Shown here: in pieces, positions 32,220-35,758 of the stretch
How the letters are laid out: every line of letters begins with the position of its first letter
Numbering within the stretch: position 1 is the stretch's first letter
Source: a virus
Lineage: Duplodnaviria > Caudoviricetes
Length of the DNA: 35,758 nucleotides
IMG/VR virus record: IMGVR_UViG_3300037478_000503
Span: 1-35,758 of that record
Reading direction: 5' to 3' (one strand)
Program-made: the position numbers and the translations under genes
Notes under the pieces: generated by a model
What the model was told of the DNA's origin: nothing
Database searches by the model: none
Seen by the model: the letters and a program-made list of their open reading frames with translations, nothing else

Positions 32220-32417
32220 TCATTCGGCAGCCTCCATAAGATCGGACAGGTCTTCCCATTCAGACACGGTGATCTCGATCCGGGCAGGCCGTTCAATCAC
32301 CAACCAGTCGGCGAACGCCTGCCAGCCGCCATACCATTCACCCCGCTCGGTCTTCACGTGGAAGACCGGCTCGTTGAGACTGTCCGCGATCAACTGCTGT
32401 GTCTCGCGGAAGCTCAT
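32220..32417 (-). CDS. Hypothetical protein
   Basis: MSFRETQQLIADSLNEPVF...; ATGA overlap. Confidence 0.7.
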   Translation of the reverse strand: MSFRETQQLIADSLNEPVFHVKTERGEWYGGWQAFADWLVIERPARIEITVSEWEDLSDLMEAAE

Positions 32418-32740
32418 CTTGTGTCTCCGGGTAGAGAAGGGGCCTGGTATTTGCGGAACTCCACCGACGACCAAGCAGCGAGAATGGCAAGAGCGTCATC
32501 GTCGCTAATGTTGTCTGGCGCGCCCACCGCGCGGCCCACAATGTCGCGGATCATGGCCAACTTGTCGGCCAGCCTCACCTTGGTCGCGACGAGCTGGGCT
32601 ATCCGGTCGTACGGGTCTACCTCGTGGAGTTGGGTACGCCACTTGTCCGCAGCCTCCTTGCCGATGCGCTTGTAGTGGCCTGATTCGACTGCCTCGTTGT
32701 GGCGGCGTATCAGCGTGATCGGATGGACAACCTGGCTCAT
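32414..32740 (-). CDS. Hypothetical protein
   Basis: MSQVVHPITLIRRHN...; ATGA overlaps. Confidence 0.7.
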   Translation of the reverse strand: MSQVVHPITLIRRHNEAVESGHYKRIGKEAADKWRTQLHEVDPYDRIAQLVATKVRLADKLAMIRDIVGRAVGAPDNISDDDALAILAAWSSVEFRKYQAPSLPGDTR

Positions 32741-33015
32741 GTCTGCTCTTTGGGGATGAGATACACGACGGTCATCCGACAGGGTTGCTTCGACTCGTTG
32801 GCATGACAGAACGTTTCCCAACCTTCGGTTTCGAGGTCTTCGTCGAAGATGGTTCCGTGTTCGCACATTTGCCTTTCGGGGGCTTCAGCCAGAACCCGAC
32901 GAGTGCCACCAGGACAGCCACCTGGCACAATGGATTGGGCGTGTTTTGTCACCCCGCCCGGCAACTCAACGAACCCATGCTCGCATTCTTCGACCAGTTC
33001 GATTCGCTCACCCAT
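32737..33015 (-). CDS. Hypothetical protein with two CEHG motifs
   Basis: AAGGAG SD; MGERIELVEECEHG...CPGG...CEHG. Confidence 0.7.
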   Translation of the reverse strand: MGERIELVEECEHGFVELPGGVTKHAQSIVPGGCPGGTRRVLAEAPERQMCEHGTIFDEDLETEGWETFCHANESKQPCRMTVVYLIPKEQT

Positions 33016-33289
33016 CGTCAGACTCCTTCCCGATGTTGAGGGTGTAACCCCTACTACCACAAGCAGGACAAGTAGCTCGCTTGTCGGTGAACCCTGCGAC
33101 CTGCTGCCAGCCTTCACCAGCACATTCCTCGCATTCGGTGTGCAGGTCAAGCCAAGCCCGAGCAGCAGCAGCCAATATGACTTGAACACTTAGAGAGTCA
33201 AGGTCGAATGCGTTGGGGTATCTCTTCTCGATGGTTCTCCGCCACGAATCGTGAACCGCTAGAGCTTCTCTCAGCTTGTCCCTATCCAT
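33008..33289 (-). CDS. DnaJ-type CxxCxGxG zinc-finger protein
   Basis: CEECAGEG...CPACGSRG; AGGAG SD. Confidence 0.8.
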   Translation of the reverse strand: MDRDKLREALAVHDSWRRTIEKRYPNAFDLDSLSVQVILAAAARAWLDLHTECEECAGEGWQQVAGFTDKRATCPACGSRGYTLNIGKESDDG

Positions 33290-33752
33290 CGTCTTCTCCT
33301 ATCTGATCTGTCTGTTTCAACTGGCGGCCACAATGCCGACAGCAAATATCCTCCCGAGTCGGCGGATGGCCACACGTCGGACACAAATCCCCACGAAGAT
33401 GCGGGTCATACGGTCTCGCCGTGAACGTGGCCAAGGCTTCGCTTTCGGCCCACAGTCGAATGTCGATCTGATCCCGCTTCCGCGCTGCCCACACACTCCG
33501 GAATGAGGGGATCGGAATGTCAGCCGATTTTCGTTCCCGGCTCGGATCCGCCGACTGACCTGCAGCCGCCAGAAGCTCCAGGTTGGCAAGTTCGAAGAGG
33601 AACTGTTTGAGAGTGTCCCGGATTGGCGATTTGAGAAGGATGCGAAGATCCTCGGCGACACTCCGCCCGTCCAACTGGCGAGGATGACGACTGTCAGGGT
33701 CAACGACCGACATCTTCCGAGGGGTCGACAGGGGATCGTGGGCAGCAGTCAT
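33282..33752 (-). CDS. Protein with C-terminal zinc ribbon (possible late regulator)
   Basis: GAGGAGG SD; CPTCG...CRHCG. Confidence 0.7.
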   Translation of the reverse strand: MTAAHDPLSTPRKMSVVDPDSRHPRQLDGRSVAEDLRILLKSPIRDTLKQFLFELANLELLAAAGQSADPSRERKSADIPIPSFRSVWAARKRDQIDIRLWAESEALATFTARPYDPHLRGDLCPTCGHPPTREDICCRHCGRQLKQTDQIGEDDG

Positions 33753-34051
33753 CGGTCCTCCTCGGCGTGAGCGAGATACGCCGCGACCCCAGCGAACGGG
33801 TTGAGTCCGTTTTCCCGCTGACGATGCGGATAGCAGCAAGGGTTCACACTCCAATAACCCTTCGGACGGGTGCAGCGACGCAGCCAGTGACGTACGCCGG
33901 CCTTGACGGCATCCCGTTTCGTCCGCGCCCACACGTAGACCACCTCCCGGTACTCCTCGGTGGGGCCGTCCCAAACGCCGGGCAGGTATTCGACGCAAAG
34001 GTCTTGCCACTCCATCTCGCCGGACACGACCGCGTAGCAGTTCAGGCTCAT
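33749..34051 (-). CDS. Hypothetical protein
   Basis: MSLNCYAVVSGEM...GLNPFAG; GGAG SD; ATGA overlaps. Confidence 0.7.
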   Translation of the reverse strand: MSLNCYAVVSGEMEWQDLCVEYLPGVWDGPTEEYREVVYVWARTKRDAVKAGVRHWLRRCTRPKGYWSVNPCCYPHRQRENGLNPFAGVAAYLAHAEEDR

Positions 34052-34155
34052 GGGCGTGCTCCGGGAGAGGCGAACACGTACGGCAGGCGGAGGGCGGCGA
34101 GCAGCTCTTCGACGGTGGAGATGGTGATCGTGGGTGTGGGACATGGGGGTCTCAT
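34048..34155 (-). CDS. Small hypothetical protein (35 aa)
   Basis: MRPPCPTPTITISTVEELLAALRLPYVF; start directly follows upstream TAA; ATGA overlap downstream. Confidence 0.5.
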   Translation of the reverse strand: MRPPCPTPTITISTVEELLAALRLPYVFASPGARP

Positions 34156-35758
34156 TTACCAAGGGTCCGGTCGGTCATCGGGACTTACTTCTTTCGCATT
34201 GGGGGTAGGACTTTCAGGGGGTAAACCCTCGAAGGGACTTTTTTCGCTTTTACTTTTCTCTGCTAATAGTTGACGATTTGGGCCATTTTGAAGGGTGTGT
34301 GCGAAGGAAGATTTGGGGGTCTCGGATTCCTCTTTTTCGGCGTTGCGAGCGAAGTAAGTCCTTTCGACGTTCGACTCGGGAGTGGTCGCCATGACCATTA
34401 CTGGAGGTCGTCCTCCACTTGACGCGGCAGTCCACGAGAACGCCAATCCTGCCCTTTCCAGTTCGTTGAGAGCGGCGTCCAATGCGGTCGCTGTCGCATG
34501 TCGGGAGAACAGGTCGTGTATCTCCGATTTGAGTGCGGGAATGCCTGGATGCTGTCTGAGTGCGGCGAGGATCCGTCCCGCCTCCTCGTTGCGGACCAGT
34601 CCTCCTAGGACTGCCTGGACGGTCTGCACCGAATGTGTGACCCATGCCATGCCGGCTTCAAGCTGCCCTTCTCCGACATGGCCGGCTCCTTCGCTGGCGG
34701 CGTAGATGAGGGCTATCCGCTGTACCTGGTCTGACATGCGGGTGACCATCGGCCGGACCGTGTCGGGCACCTGGTCGCCCCGGCGCAGCATCGGATAGTG
34801 GGCCTGCCACCAGTCGAGTCCGCCGGGGGAGAACCCGAGGATCCCTCCTGCTGTCCGTTTCGCACTGATGTTGGAGCGGACCTGGTTGGCGTGTTCGTTC
34901 ACGTCGACCTCGAGGCCGCCAGTGGCGAGCAGTTTGGTCGAATCTGACCAGACCCAGAGGAACCGGTTTCCTGTCCCTGTGACTGCTGCCAGGGTGGGGA
35001 AGATTGCGACGAGTTCTTCAGGTGTGATTCCGCCGAACAGGCTGATGCAATGGTTGGACGATTTGAGCTTCCGGGATGTTTTGGCGGCGTTGGCGAGCGG
35101 CCGGGAGGCGTCGAAGGCGAGTCGTATGACGTCGGAGAGGATGGATCCTTGCCGGTCAGCAATGCGGAGAACCTTGGAGAATTCGGCTTCCTGGATGTAG
35201 AGCCGCTGGTCTTCGGTGCCGGCGATGAGCTCGTCTTTACTGTTGTAGGTGGGGTCGGCGACCCGTTCGATGAGCGCCTCGCCGGATCCGAACCCGGAGG
35301 CGACATTGTCGTAGACGAACGTCCGGTCGACTGCTTCGAGGAACCGTTGGATTTCCCCGTCGGCGGTGCCTTTCCTGGCTGTCCCAGTGGGTCCGACTTG
35401 GACTGCGAAAATGTTGGGGGTGTGGTAGATGCGTCCGACTTTGAGTCGGATTCCCCGTCCCATGTAGGCGCCGAGTCCGGCGAGCAGGCCTGCACCCAAT
35501 GATGGGATGGTGGCTTCTGTTTCCGGTTCGATGGCTTGAAGCCATTCTCCGATCGGACCCCGGTAGATAGTGTCGGCCGGCGGGTCGACATGTCCACCAA
35601 TATCCCCCTGCTGGTAGGGCCGCCGGTCGGATGGGAGCGGATAGCCGTTACGTTCGGGTAGGTAAAGTTCGGAGACCAGGTCGAAGTCGTCGAGACGGTG
35701 AAGTTTCCCGTCGTCGGCGAGCCAGTTGGCGACAGTGTCCGCATATTCGACGGTGCCG
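34156..35758 (-). CDS. Replication protein, DUF3987/YfjI-type P-loop NTPase (primase-helicase); 5' end off window
   Basis: Frame open to the window edge; VGPTGTARKGT, EAEFS, GTGNRFLW; winged-helix-like C-terminus. Confidence 0.85.
   Translation of the reverse strand, partial: GTVEYADTVANWLADDGKLHRLDDFDLVSELYLPERNGYPLPSDRRPYQQGDIGGHVDPPADTIYRGPIGEWLQAIEPETEATIPSLGAGLLAGLGAYMGRGIRLKVGRIYHTPNIFAVQVGPTGTARKGTADGEIQRFLEAVDRTFVYDNVASGFGSGEALIERVADPTYNSKDELIAGTEDQRLYIQEAEFSKVLRIADRQGSILSDVIRLAFDASRPLANAAKTSRKLKSSNHCISLFGGITPEELVAIFPTLAAVTGTGNRFLWVWSDSTKLLATGGLEVDVNEHANQVRSNISAKRTAGGILGFSPGGLDWWQAHYPMLRRGDQVPDTVRPMVTRMSDQVQRIALIYAASEGAGHVGEGQLEAGMAWVTHSVQTVQAVLGGLVRNEEAGRILAALRQHPGIPALKSEIHDLFSRHATATALDAALNELERAGLAFSWTAASSGGRPPVMVMATTPESNVERTYFARNAEKEESETPKSSFAHTLQNGPNRQLLAEKSKSEKSPFEGLPPESPTPNAKEVSPDDRPDPW
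34187..34359. other. Putative replication origin (converging iterons around an AT-rich core)
   Basis: WCTTNNTTCGC at 34187 and 34237, inverted at 34301 and 34349. Confidence 0.65.

Larger units (their letters stand above)
1..35758. mobile_element. Temperate siphovirus-type phage genome (partial; circular/excised form)
   Basis: Integrase, repressor, terminase, portal, HK97-type capsid, tail, tape measure and lysin modules; no host genes; attP flanked by phage genes on both sides. Confidence 0.97.

Noticed and set aside
31134-33162. Diversity-generating retroelement TR/VR pair
   Set aside because: No reverse transcriptase in the window, both copies are coding, and the differences are not adenine-specific
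34899-35744. 281-aa Ser/Pro/Thr-rich - strand ORF
   Set aside because: Alternative frame of the DUF3987 gene, which is itself open to the window edge
1-35758. CRISPR array, rRNA or IS transposase
   Set aside because: No regularly spaced repeat-spacer units, rRNA-like sequence or transposase motifs seen by eye

Overview
The whole window is most of the genome of a temperate, HK97-fold, long-tailed (siphovirus-type) phage of a high-GC host. The host is probably an actinobacterium (inferred from leaderless promoters, the amidase lysin and Thr-rich secreted linkers). An intact attP (3' part of tRNA-Asn(GTT), 4715-4768) and a probable cos region (~30440-30560) both have phage genes on each side, so this is a circular or excised form, not an integrated prophage. 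Nearly all genes are on the - strand. The early operon starts at a Xis/Cro-like HTH gene, includes N6-A and C5-C methyltransferases, runs off the left edge and probably re-enters at the right edge (DUF3987 replication gene with an iteron-type ori, NinG-like and HNH genes). A late promoter with a leader terminator follows, then HNH-terS-terL-portal-protease-capsid, fibre/neck genes, two paralogous tail-tube genes, tape measure, minor tail genes, amidase endolysin, many small membrane proteins, an RNase H-like exonuclease and a stand-alone ClpP. The repressor, integrase and four morons are on the + strand. Highlights: (1) a two-hairpin element with a bulged base and covarying stems occurs three times in front of unrelated accessory genes and folds best on the antisense strand; (2) a tail gene is interrupted by exactly the 7-mer that also borders the far side of an antisense HNH cassette; (3) there are several candidate translational switches; (4) a consensus promoter with a 19-bp spacer is followed by a terminator ahead of the late genes. 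All product calls come from motif recognition by eye, with no database searches.
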